From contig JAEDFV010000004.1 in the NCBI GenBank assembly GCA_016297845.1, forward strand, positions 1 to 61,220: a stretch of 61,220 bases of DNA. Reading direction: 5' to 3'. A program made the position numbers and the translations under genes. This DNA comes from Clostridia bacterium (lineage in GTDB: Bacteria; Bacillota; Clostridia; Christensenellales; UBA1242). Below, one piece after another: positions 28,578-36,294 of this stretch; positions within the stretch are counted from its first letter, which is position 1; each line of letters starts with the position of its first letter. Below the pieces are notes generated by a model. It was not told the origin of the DNA. It saw nothing but the letters and a program-made list of their open reading frames with translations, and did not search any database.

Positions 28578-28601
28578 TAAATATGCTTTAATTTAGCGAA
28601 A

Positions 28602-28675
28602 TAGGGATGTAGTTAAATGGTATAACTATGGTCTCCAAAACCATTGTCGAGGGTTCGATTCCTTCCATCCCTGCC
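28602..28675 (+). tRNA. tRNA-Trp (anticodon CCA), CCA encoded
   Basis: Acceptor AGGGATG/CATCCCT, anticodon stem ATGGT/ACCAT with loop CTCCAAA, T-loop GGTTCGATTCC; 74 nt. Confidence 0.93.
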
Positions 28676-28681
28676 AGAAAA

Positions 28682-28710
28682 AAACACTTATCACTAGATA
28701 GGTGTTTTTT
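28682..28710. terminator. bidirectional terminator between tRNA-Trp and mazF
   Basis: AAACACTTATC-ACTA-GATAGGTGTTT (one G-U pair) flanked by an A-run and a T-run. Confidence 0.75.
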
Positions 28711-29059
28711 AATTAAATCCCAAACTAACTAACAAAGCGAGATTTATTTCTCTCATCTTCTTGTTATCTAACTCTGAGACCTTTTCTTTAAGTCGTCGTT
28801 TGTCAATCGTTCTAATCTGTTCCAAAAGAACGACACTATCTTTTGGAAGATTATATTCCCTTGCAGAAAGTTCAACATGCGTTGGAATTTTTGCTTTAGA
28901 AAGTTGACTTGTGATTGCAGATATAATAACAGTGGGACTATATTTATTTCCAACATCATTTTGAATTATTAGGACTGGACGAATTCCACCCTGCTCACTT
29001 CCAACAACAGGGCTTAAATCAGCAAAATATATTTCTCCTCTCCTAATTTGTCTCTCCAA
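28709..29059 (-). CDS. mazF: MazF/EndoA (PemK-family) endoribonuclease toxin
   Basis: [25 protein letters not shown] and [13 protein letters not shown] closely resemble B. subtilis EndoA (NdoA). Start placed at TTG 29059 (AAAGGA upstream), which gives 116 aa. The ORF-track N-terminal extension is unlikely. Confidence 0.88.
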   Translation of the reverse strand: MERQIRRGEIYFADLSPVVGSEQGGIRPVLIIQNDVGNKYSPTVIISAITSQLSKAKIPTHVELSAREYNLPKDSVVLLEQIRTIDKRRLKEKVSELDNKKMREINLALLVSLGFN

Positions 29060-29279
29060 TAGAAATTTCCTTTTCGTATTCAAAATAGTCGAAATCGGTT
29101 TGGTCAAACTCATCAAATTCCCGCACAGCGCCAAGATATTCTGCGCTTACAAAAACTTTCTCCCACAAACCTTCTTTCATTTTCATATTATGCAAACTTC
29201 TAATGCATTCGTTAAAAACTCTTTGGTCACACTCATCAAATGCTTTGCAATATTCTTCCCAATCAATAATTTGTTTCAT
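29043..29279 (-). CDS. 78-aa acidic protein coupled to mazF (candidate non-canonical antitoxin)
   Basis: GGAG lies 9 nt upstream of ATG 29279. Its stop overlaps the mazF TTG start by 17 nt. The C-terminus [18 protein letters not shown] is highly acidic. I see no RHH or AbrB-like N-terminal pattern. Confidence 0.55.
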   Translation of the reverse strand: MKQIIDWEEYCKAFDECDQRVFNECIRSLHNMKMKEGLWEKVFVSAEYLGAVREFDEFDQTDFDYFEYEKEISIGETN

Positions 29280-29328
29280 CAAAATTATCTCCTTTAATTA
29301 CTTTTTTAAACTTACATATAACTTGTGT

Positions 29329-29378
29329 AAAAAAAAGCGCCTTATGCGCTATAACAAAAAAAAGAGCAAAATTGCTCT
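29329..29378 (-). terminator. two tandem rho-independent terminators after the 135-aa gene
   Basis: On the minus strand, AGAGC-loop-GCTCT followed by T7, then AGCGC-ATAAG-GCGCT followed by T7. Confidence 0.7.
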
Positions 29379-29395
29379 TTCTTCTTTCAAATTAA

Positions 29396-29803
29396 TTATT
29401 CTTTTTCATAACCAAGTTGACGTTTAAATTTGCAAACTTCTTCGCCAAATTTTTCTTTTAATTCTTTCTTGCAAACTTTTGGTGCGTTTTCAATGTATTT
29501 AACTGCAGCACTTTTATCTAAACTAGAAAGTTTTTCGAAAACAAACTCTCTCCATTTTTCTCCATACCCAATTGCATTTCCTTTGAACAAATCAGCCTTT
29601 GCACTGCAACCATATTCGCTAAAAATATATTTTGGCTCTGCACCTAATGCATCAGTCTTAACTTCAACAAAGAATTTATCGTCATGAGATTTTAATAATT
29701 CAACAAAGTCTTTTCTTAATCTACATTTTACAAATTCCTCAAAGTCTATCATACTAATCTTTTTAAGTGGCGTTGCACCATATTTTTTCTCTATATTTTT
29801 CAT
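29396..29803 (-). CDS. hypothetical protein (135 aa); weak SUKH/SMI1-KNR4-like impression only
   Basis: Strong SD AAGGAG. No motif that I can assign with confidence. Confidence 0.6.
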   Translation of the reverse strand: MKNIEKKYGATPLKKISMIDFEEFVKCRLRKDFVELLKSHDDKFFVEVKTDALGAEPKYIFSEYGCSAKADLFKGNAIGYGEKWREFVFEKLSSLDKSAAVKYIENAPKVCKKELKEKFGEEVCKFKRQLGYEKE

Positions 29804-29847
29804 GATTACTCCTTACTGTGTAAGTATAATACAAGACCAAATAAAAA

Positions 29848-30450
29848 TCAAGTCCTATTTTCAAAAATTGAAAAATTTTTGTCGTTATTTTCCTTTTCGA
29901 AGTTATTTTGCAAAATTTCTTTTTTTGATAAATCTTTTTTTCTATTTTTCCTTTGATAAATTATTATAGAAATAATCGTAAACAAAATTTCAACAACACT
30001 AAGCAATGCATTTGTATAAGCTTTTGAAAGAACAGAAAAAACAGACAAAATGGTATTTGGAATAAGTGTTAAATATCTGGTAAGTTGCATATTTTTTAAG
30101 AAATATATAATAGTGAACATAACACTTGTCAAAAAAGGCATAATGTCAAGTGGTTTTTCCCACAAGAGTGCTGTTGCAACGACAATGCATGCAAGAAAAT
30201 AAATTAAATAAACATAAGAATATTTAAAGTTATATTTTTGGCAAAAGTAAAAAGCAACACATCTAAAAGCATTAATGAGAGTTAATACAAACGCAATTGT
30301 GCTACCAACAAACAAAAAACCAATGGCGCAAAAACAGTTGCTACAAATTTGAATTAACAAAAAATTCTTTTTGCTACAAAAGTAACTAAGGCAAGCAAAG
30401 ACAACAGCGACACCCCCAAAAACTTGTGATAAAATAAAGTATAAATCCAT
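29848..30450 (-). CDS. multi-pass membrane protein, YgjV-like
   Basis: The N-terminal pattern LSQVFGGVAVVFACLSYFCSKK...FLFVGS...INAFR resembles the YgjV inner-membrane family. About 5 TM segments plus a charged tail. Confidence 0.5.
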   Translation of the reverse strand: MDLYFILSQVFGGVAVVFACLSYFCSKKNFLLIQICSNCFCAIGFLFVGSTIAFVLTLINAFRCVAFYFCQKYNFKYSYVYLIYFLACIVVATALLWEKPLDIMPFLTSVMFTIIYFLKNMQLTRYLTLIPNTILSVFSVLSKAYTNALLSVVEILFTIISIIIYQRKNRKKDLSKKEILQNNFEKENNDKNFSIFENRT

Positions 30451-30558
30451 ATGGCATATGTAATAGCACTTTTCGACAAAATAGTCAATAAATTTTCAAA
30501 CTAAAACAATGCCCAATTTTGATAGTTAAAGTTCGGCTTTTTTAAATACAATAGCAAC

Positions 30559-30584
30559 AAAAAACCACATTCAACTGAATGTAG
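30559..30584 (-). terminator. terminator after the 65-aa/DUF4279-like pair
   Basis: On the minus strand, CTACATTC-AGTT-GAATGTGG (one G-U pair) followed by T6. Confidence 0.6.
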
Positions 30585-30695
30585 TTTTTCCTTACAACTC
30601 TGCTTGCCAGATTTCTATCATTTATGCACAAATTGAACCATAGAAATGATTTTACGCAAAACTTTTTAAAATGCATCTTCTCAATGTAAATCAGA

Positions 30696-31079
30696 CTAAA
30701 TAATATCAACATCAAAATTTGCACCAAGGGCAGATAATTTTAAGAGAGTGTCGTTAGACATATACAAGCAAGGCTTCGTAACAAAATTCTTAAATACAAT
30801 ACAAATACTTAACTTACCATTATTGTTTTCTATTTCTTCTCTTAAATTTGGTGCCTTATTGTATAAGCCATCAATAAATTTTTTAAAGATTTCATCAGTG
30901 TACTGACCTTCAAAAACCTTTGTATTATATAAAAATTTTGAACTAGGGATTGGGCTTATAGAATCTTTAAGATAAGTTAATTTTTTTGCTTTAACTCCCA
31001 AAATATTTTCGAGTTTTGAAACATCATAATCTTTTTGAAAACTTGCACTAATGCTAAAATAAAAACTGTTATTTTTCAT
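30696..31079 (-). CDS. DUF4279-like protein (127 aa)
   Basis: The overall pattern (FYFSIS...LGV...C-terminal LSALGANFDVDII) matches my recollection of DUF4279. Its start overlaps the upstream ORF's stop. Confidence 0.5.
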   Translation of the reverse strand: MKNNSFYFSISASFQKDYDVSKLENILGVKAKKLTYLKDSISPIPSSKFLYNTKVFEGQYTDEIFKKFIDGLYNKAPNLREEIENNNGKLSICIVFKNFVTKPCLYMSNDTLLKLSALGANFDVDII

Positions 31080-31266
31080 AATTCACTCTATTTTCATCAT
31101 ATTTATCGTTACTATAGTATAAGTTTCCATCCTTATCTCTAATAGTAACAGTGTCACCATTATATATATCATAATGTGAAACGGGTGAACAGTCATAATC
31201 AGCCTTCACCTCATGTGCATCAATACCATTTAATTTTAAATATCTATCGTTAAATCTATCATTCAT
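31069..31266 (-). CDS. 65-aa hypothetical protein translationally coupled to the DUF4279-like gene
   Basis: SD GGGAGAGG before ATG 31266. An 11-nt overlap (ATGAAAAATAA) joins it to the downstream gene. No family recognised. Confidence 0.5.
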   Translation of the reverse strand: MNDRFNDRYLKLNGIDAHEVKADYDCSPVSHYDIYNGDTVTIRDKDGNLYYSNDKYDENRVNYEK

Positions 31267-31430
31267 TAATCCTCTCCCTTAAAAAATTAATTGAATAAAT
31301 TTGACACTACTGTTTTGATATCTCCTCAAACATGAATGCTTTTTACAAATAATTAATGAATTCTATATATTTTATTTAAAAATAAAACTCTTAATATCCA
31401 AGATATTGCGAGTTCAACCTAAACACAAAT

Positions 31431-31515
31431 TGGTGCGGACGCCGGGACTTGAACCCGGACAGATCGCTCCACAAGATCCTTAGTCTTGCGCGTCTACCAT
31501 TTCCGCCACGACCGC
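31431..31515 (-). tRNA. tRNA-Leu (type II, long variable arm) with anticodon read as AAG
   Basis: The rc reads GCGGTCG TG GCGG AAATGGTAGA CGCG CAAGA CTAAGGA TCTTG TGGAGCGATCTGT CCGGG TTCAAGT CCCGG CGTCCGC A CCA. The anticodon stem has 5 perfect bp and the loop is C-U-A-A-G-G-A. There is one U-U mismatch at 5-68. Confidence 0.8.
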
Positions 31516-31537
31516 ATGCTCTTATTAAAGCATGAAT

Positions 31538-31566
31538 AATATAACACACATTTTTGATTGAGTCAA
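31538..31566 (-). promoter_or_regulatory. sigma-A-type promoter for tRNA-Leu
   Basis: On the minus strand, TTGACT (31566-31561), 17 nt, TATATT (31543-31538). Confidence 0.55.
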
Positions 31567-31606
31567 GAAATTTTTAAAATAAATTAATAAAATTTTAACA
31601 CAAATA

Positions 31607-31640
31607 AAAAGTGTACTGAAATTATTTTCAATACACTAAT
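31607..31640 (-). terminator. terminator after the U32 peptidase gene
   Basis: On the minus strand, AGTGTATTGAAA-ATAA-TTTCAGTACACT followed by TTTTATTT (coordinates approximate). Confidence 0.65.
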
Positions 31641-31647
31641 TTAGTTT

Positions 31648-32847
31648 TTATATTTCTTTTCTCAATATATCCCCAGTTCTTAATGCTATGTCAGTTTTTA
31701 AAATGATTTGTTCTTGTACATTTTTTGCATCGCAAATTTCATTACCGTTCATGTCGAACATTTTTTCAACTTTAATTGTTTTATTAAAAGTTTCATTTGG
31801 CGAAAGAACTTCAAGTTCATCACCAACGGCAAATCTATTTCTTTGTTGAATTTTTACCTTTCCATTTTTTTGGTCAGAAACGACAACTGCCATAAACTCG
31901 TGACTTTGAACCGGCATCGAACTTTCTATACACTCACTGTCAGAACGCCCAAAATAGAATCCAGTTGTGTATTTTCTATGACTTGACTTGAAAGTTTCGT
32001 TATAGATTTCATCTGAAAGAGGAAGATTTTTCTCCAAACTTTCAAGAGCTCTTCTATAGGCATTTACTGTGTTGGCAACATAATATGAGGATTTCATTCT
32101 TCCTTCAATCTTCAAACTTGCGACACCTGCCTCTTTAAGTTCTTTTAAATATTTTATCATATTTAAATCTTTTGAATTAAGTATGTATGTTCCGCGATTG
32201 TCTTCTTGAATTTCATATCCATCTCCCTCACGAGATTTTTCACAGATTGTATATTCCCATCGACATGCTTGAACACATGCTCCACGATTTCCATCACGAT
32301 TTGTCAAATAATTTGAAAGCAAGCATCTTCCAGAATAACTTATACACATTGCCCCATGAACAAAACATTCAAGTTCAACATTTTCTGGAAGAAAATCACG
32401 AATTTCTTTGATTTCAACAAATGAAAGTTCTCTTGCCAAAACAATTCGTTTTGCGCCATAATCAGCAAAAAATTTAGCTGTATATTTGTTTGTTACATTC
32501 GCCTGAGTACTTACATGAATATCCAAATCGGGAGCATATTGTTTTGCATATTGCATAATCCCTATGTCACTTACTATGATTCCATCAATCTTTATACTTT
32601 GAAGATAGTTCAGATAGTCTCCCAATCCATCAAAATCGCCATTATGTGCGACAATGTTCACAGTTACATATATCTTTTTGTTATTTTCGTGAACATATTG
32701 CGTTGCTTGTTGAAGTTCTTTTTCATCAAAATTGCCCGCAAAAGCGCGCAATCCGAATTTTTTACCTGCAACATATACTGCATCTGCTCCAAAGTATATT
32801 GCCGTTTTAAGTTTTTCCATGTTCCCGGCCGGTGCAAGAAGTTCCAT
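31648..32847 (-). CDS. peptidase U32 family protein (PrtC/YhbU/TrhP-like)
   Basis: MELLAPAGN...AIYFGADAVYVAGKKFGLRA N-terminus is typical of U32. ATG 32847 has AGGAGA upstream. Confidence 0.85.
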   Translation of the reverse strand: MELLAPAGNMEKLKTAIYFGADAVYVAGKKFGLRAFAGNFDEKELQQATQYVHENNKKIYVTVNIVAHNGDFDGLGDYLNYLQSIKIDGIIVSDIGIMQYAKQYAPDLDIHVSTQANVTNKYTAKFFADYGAKRIVLARELSFVEIKEIRDFLPENVELECFVHGAMCISYSGRCLLSNYLTNRDGNRGACVQACRWEYTICEKSREGDGYEIQEDNRGTYILNSKDLNMIKYLKELKEAGVASLKIEGRMKSSYYVANTVNAYRRALESLEKNLPLSDEIYNETFKSSHRKYTTGFYFGRSDSECIESSMPVQSHEFMAVVVSDQKNGKVKIQQRNRFAVGDELEVLSPNETFNKTIKVEKMFDMNGNEICDAKNVQEQIILKTDIALRTGDILRKEI

Positions 32848-32855
32848 TTTTTCTC

Positions 32856-34616
32856 CTATTTTATAAGTTTTTTCCAAGTTTCAATCATTTCATGTGCAGT
32901 TTCAAAAGCACGATTGAAAACATCTTGTTTCTCAAGGTCAACACCCGCATCAAATAACAATTCAATCGGACCTTTTCTACTTCCAGATTTCAAGAAATTA
33001 ATATATTTATCTGGATTTGTTGGAATTATATTTTCTGTTAAATATAATGCCGAAATCATTCCTATAGCATATTTATAAACATAGTATGAGTTATAAAAGT
33101 GTGGGATACGTGACCATTCATATTTTATCTCATCAACCAATTTCACTTTTTCACCAAAATACTTTTTATTAAGTCCATAATAATATTCATTTAAAATATT
33201 TGCTGAAATTGGTTTATCATTCTCAAAGGTTTCATGAGCAAACTGTTCAAACTCACTAAACATTGTCTGACGAAAAACTGTGCTTTTAAATTCGCTTAAG
33301 AAATAGTCATAATAATATATTTTTTCTTCCACGCTTGTCGCATTGCCTAAAAGATATTTTAGAAGCAACATTTCATTTACTATAGATGCCACTTCAGCAA
33401 CAAAAATAGTGTAAGATGACTGGTCAAAATTATTATTTTCATCCGACAAATATGTGTGCATACTGTGTCCAAGTTCATGGGCGAGTGTAAAAAGAGAATT
33501 TGTATCACCCATAAAATTTATCAATAAAACTGGATTTTTGCCATATGCCCCACTAGAAAACGCACCGCTGTCCTTGTTTACGTTTGGGAAAACATCTATC
33601 CATCTTTCCTTAACTGCTCTGTCCAACAATTCACCATAGAATTTTCCAAGAGGGCGTGTGGCTTCTTTTATTATTTGAATTGCTTGTTCAAAAGTATATT
33701 TTTTTTCAATTTGTTTTTCTTTTACATATTGGTCATAAAGAGCAAATTCTCTTAATCCTTGGCTTTTCTTTTTGACATCAAAATATTCATAAAAAACAGC
33801 TATATTATCGTTGACACTTTTTATCAATGTGTCATAAACTTTTTGACTTGCTTCTTCCAAAAAAATAGATTTTTCCAAACAATTTTTATATTTTGATGCT
33901 CTTGCATAAAAAACTTCCGCCTTTATATTAGAAATGTAATTTGATGCAAGAAAATTATTAAATTTCCCATATTCAGCATTAAAAGTTATAAATGCATTTT
34001 TTCTCAAAATTCTATCATGGCTTTGTAAAAGTTTCATATATGAAGAATGATTTAATTCATGAAACTTTCCTTTTGAATCTTGGGCTTTTGGGAATTTTAA
34101 ATCAGCATTATCAAAAAAATCAAAGTTACTTGAGAATCCACCTGCAAATTCTCCACTCAACGAAAGCAATTTTTCTTCTTTCTCAGAAAGAATATGTTTT
34201 TTGTTTCTCAGTATATCTTTAAAGAAATTTTTATATTCACTTTCTTTTTCAAGCTTTTTTAAAAGTTTATCTGGATTTTTTTTAATCTCGACGGCAATAA
34301 AAGAAGTATTTGCTGAAAATGCAGTCGCAAGCGAAGTAACTTGATTTAATCGTTCTTGGCTTTCCGAATTGCCTGTGTCTTCACATGCTCTCAAATTTGC
34401 ATAAGAACAAAGAATTTCTAATCTTTTGCTAATTTGCTCATCAAATTTTAAACATTCTAAAATTGTTTTTTCATTGTTGAGTTTCCCGCGAAAAATATCA
34501 TAAGAATTTAATTTTGATTTCAAATTTTCAAATTCTTTTTGGAATTCATCTTCATTCTTAAAATAACCGCTTAAATCCCATTTATATTTTTCTTCAATTT
34601 CACTTCTTTTTTTCAT
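32856..34616 (-). CDS. pepF: oligoendopeptidase F (M3B)
   Basis: HELGHSMH zinc motif; 586 aa; typical M3B N-terminus (KWDLS). Confidence 0.9.
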   Translation of the reverse strand: MKKRSEIEEKYKWDLSGYFKNEDEFQKEFENLKSKLNSYDIFRGKLNNEKTILECLKFDEQISKRLEILCSYANLRACEDTGNSESQERLNQVTSLATAFSANTSFIAVEIKKNPDKLLKKLEKESEYKNFFKDILRNKKHILSEKEEKLLSLSGEFAGGFSSNFDFFDNADLKFPKAQDSKGKFHELNHSSYMKLLQSHDRILRKNAFITFNAEYGKFNNFLASNYISNIKAEVFYARASKYKNCLEKSIFLEEASQKVYDTLIKSVNDNIAVFYEYFDVKKKSQGLREFALYDQYVKEKQIEKKYTFEQAIQIIKEATRPLGKFYGELLDRAVKERWIDVFPNVNKDSGAFSSGAYGKNPVLLINFMGDTNSLFTLAHELGHSMHTYLSDENNNFDQSSYTIFVAEVASIVNEMLLLKYLLGNATSVEEKIYYYDYFLSEFKSTVFRQTMFSEFEQFAHETFENDKPISANILNEYYYGLNKKYFGEKVKLVDEIKYEWSRIPHFYNSYYVYKYAIGMISALYLTENIIPTNPDKYINFLKSGSRKGPIELLFDAGVDLEKQDVFNRAFETAHEMIETWKKLIK

Positions 34617-34627
34617 TTAATCCCCCT

Positions 34628-35416
34628 TTATACTTTTAACAAATTAAATCTTTTCCAAGGTTCCTTGTCCCCGTCTGGTAGAACTTTGAAAGTCATCTTT
34701 TGTTTTGTTGTTGGGTGAATAAATTCAAGTTTGTATGCCCAAAGTGCAAGTTCTTTTGTCTTCCCGAGTTTTGCACCATATTTTCCATCACCATACACAG
34801 GTGCTTTCAAATTTGCCATTTGAACACGAATTTGATGACTCCTGCCTGTCAAAAGTTGAATTTTCGTGAGTGAAAGTGTACTTGAAATTTGTTTAATCAT
34901 TTTAGGTTGTTTTTCAGTTAAACATGAATTTTCATCAATTTTGTAGTTTTGTTTTTTCAATTCAACTTCTTTAAATTCATTTAACGTTTCAACAACTTCA
35001 TAAATAAGTTCCGCTTTCTTTGCGCCAGTCTCACCCATTGGCACAATTTTGACCGTGTTGGTTTCTTCATCTTTTTTCAAATAGTTTGTTACATGTTTTG
35101 TTTTCAAAGGAAGTTGTCCTTCCAAAACTGTAAGATATTCCTTGGTCATCTGTCCGTCTTGAATTTCTTTTGACAATCGTGAAGCAGATTTCGAAGTTTT
35201 GGCAAAACACATAATTCCGCCTGTTGGACGGTCAAGTCTATGAACCAGCCCGACATAAACGTTCCCTGGTTTGTTATATTTTTCTTTTATATACTTCTTT
35301 ACCAGCGAAAGCATATCTTCATCTTTTGTCTCGTCTTCTTGTGAAGGAACATTGTGTGGTTTAACAACAACAATAACATGATTATCTTCATAAATTACAT
35401 CTAAATTTTTTTCCAT
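34628..35416 (-). CDS. RluA-family pseudouridine synthase (no S4 domain)
   Basis: HRLDRPTGG catalytic motif and GRSHQIRVQ. Start at ATG 35416. Confidence 0.85.
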   Translation of the reverse strand: MEKNLDVIYEDNHVIVVVKPHNVPSQEDETKDEDMLSLVKKYIKEKYNKPGNVYVGLVHRLDRPTGGIMCFAKTSKSASRLSKEIQDGQMTKEYLTVLEGQLPLKTKHVTNYLKKDEETNTVKIVPMGETGAKKAELIYEVVETLNEFKEVELKKQNYKIDENSCLTEKQPKMIKQISSTLSLTKIQLLTGRSHQIRVQMANLKAPVYGDGKYGAKLGKTKELALWAYKLEFIHPTTKQKMTFKVLPDGDKEPWKRFNLLKV

Positions 35417-35427
35417 AATTCTCTCTT

Positions 35428-36285
35428 TTAAAAAGTTAAAATTCCACTTGCACCACATGGCAAAACTATTTCTTCATCTGTTGATAGTCCAACTTCATAT
35501 GCTTGACAGTTTGCATTTCTATCTTTAGCATTTAACATTAAAACATTTTTTATAACCTGAGGTTGAAGCCCCGTTGTGTAAGAATTTATTAATACAAAAA
35601 GTGGATTATCACTCAAAACTTGAAAACAAAGTTTAACAAAATCATATAAATTTTCTTCTATTTTCCAAATTTCTCCGCTCGGCCCTCGTCCATATGATGG
35701 TGGGTCCATTATAATTGCATCATACTTGTTCCCTCGTCTTATTTCTCGTTCGACAAACTTTTTGCAGTCGTCAACAATAAAACGAACAGGTTTATCTTTC
35801 AGTCCAGAGAGCGCCAAATTTTCTTTTGCCCTTTCAACCATTCCTTTGCTTGCATCAACATGAACCACACTTGCTCCAGCACTTGCGCAGGCAACCGTTG
35901 CACCACCTGTATATGCAAAAAGATTTAAGACTTTTATTTCACGTTTTGCATTTTTGATGAGTTCAATCATTTTTGACCAATTAACCGCTTGTTCTGGGAA
36001 AAGTCCAGTGTGCTTAAATCCCATTGGTTTTACAAGAAATTTCAAATCTCTCCAACCAATTATCCATTCAGATGGTATATCTTTAAGGTTTTCCCAATAA
36101 CCTCCGCCAGTTGATTGACGAATATAATGCGCAGAAAGATTTTTTTCTTTTGAAAGGTCGCGACTGGCTGGCCAAATCACTTGAGGGTCGGGACGAAGAA
36201 GTTTAATTTCGCCCCATCTTTCAAGTTTTTCGCCATTACCTGTTGCAATTATCTCGTAATCTTCCCATTCTGTGTTTACTTGCAT
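35428..36285 (-). CDS. class I SAM-dependent (rRNA-type) methyltransferase
   Basis: LFAYTGGATVACA...VHVDAS (motif I) and IIMDPPSYGRG (motif IV), RlmI/RlmK-like. Confidence 0.8.
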   Translation of the reverse strand: MQVNTEWEDYEIIATGNGEKLERWGEIKLLRPDPQVIWPASRDLSKEKNLSAHYIRQSTGGGYWENLKDIPSEWIIGWRDLKFLVKPMGFKHTGLFPEQAVNWSKMIELIKNAKREIKVLNLFAYTGGATVACASAGASVVHVDASKGMVERAKENLALSGLKDKPVRFIVDDCKKFVEREIRRGNKYDAIIMDPPSYGRGPSGEIWKIEENLYDFVKLCFQVLSDNPLFVLINSYTTGLQPQVIKNVLMLNAKDRNANCQAYEVGLSTDEEIVLPCGASGILTF

Positions 36286-36294
36286 TTTTCCTCA

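Noticed and set aside
28709-29134. Full 141-aa ORF-track version of MazF.
   Set aside because: The extra 25 N-terminal residues have no counterpart in EndoA/MazF and would overlap the upstream ORF by about 90 nt. An internal TTG with an AGGA-type SD gives the canonical 116 aa.
30542-30727. 61-aa minus-strand ORF overlapping the 3' end of the DUF4279-like gene.
   Set aside because: It has no SD, it runs through the predicted terminator (30559-30584), and its hydrophobic junk-like sequence is unconvincing.
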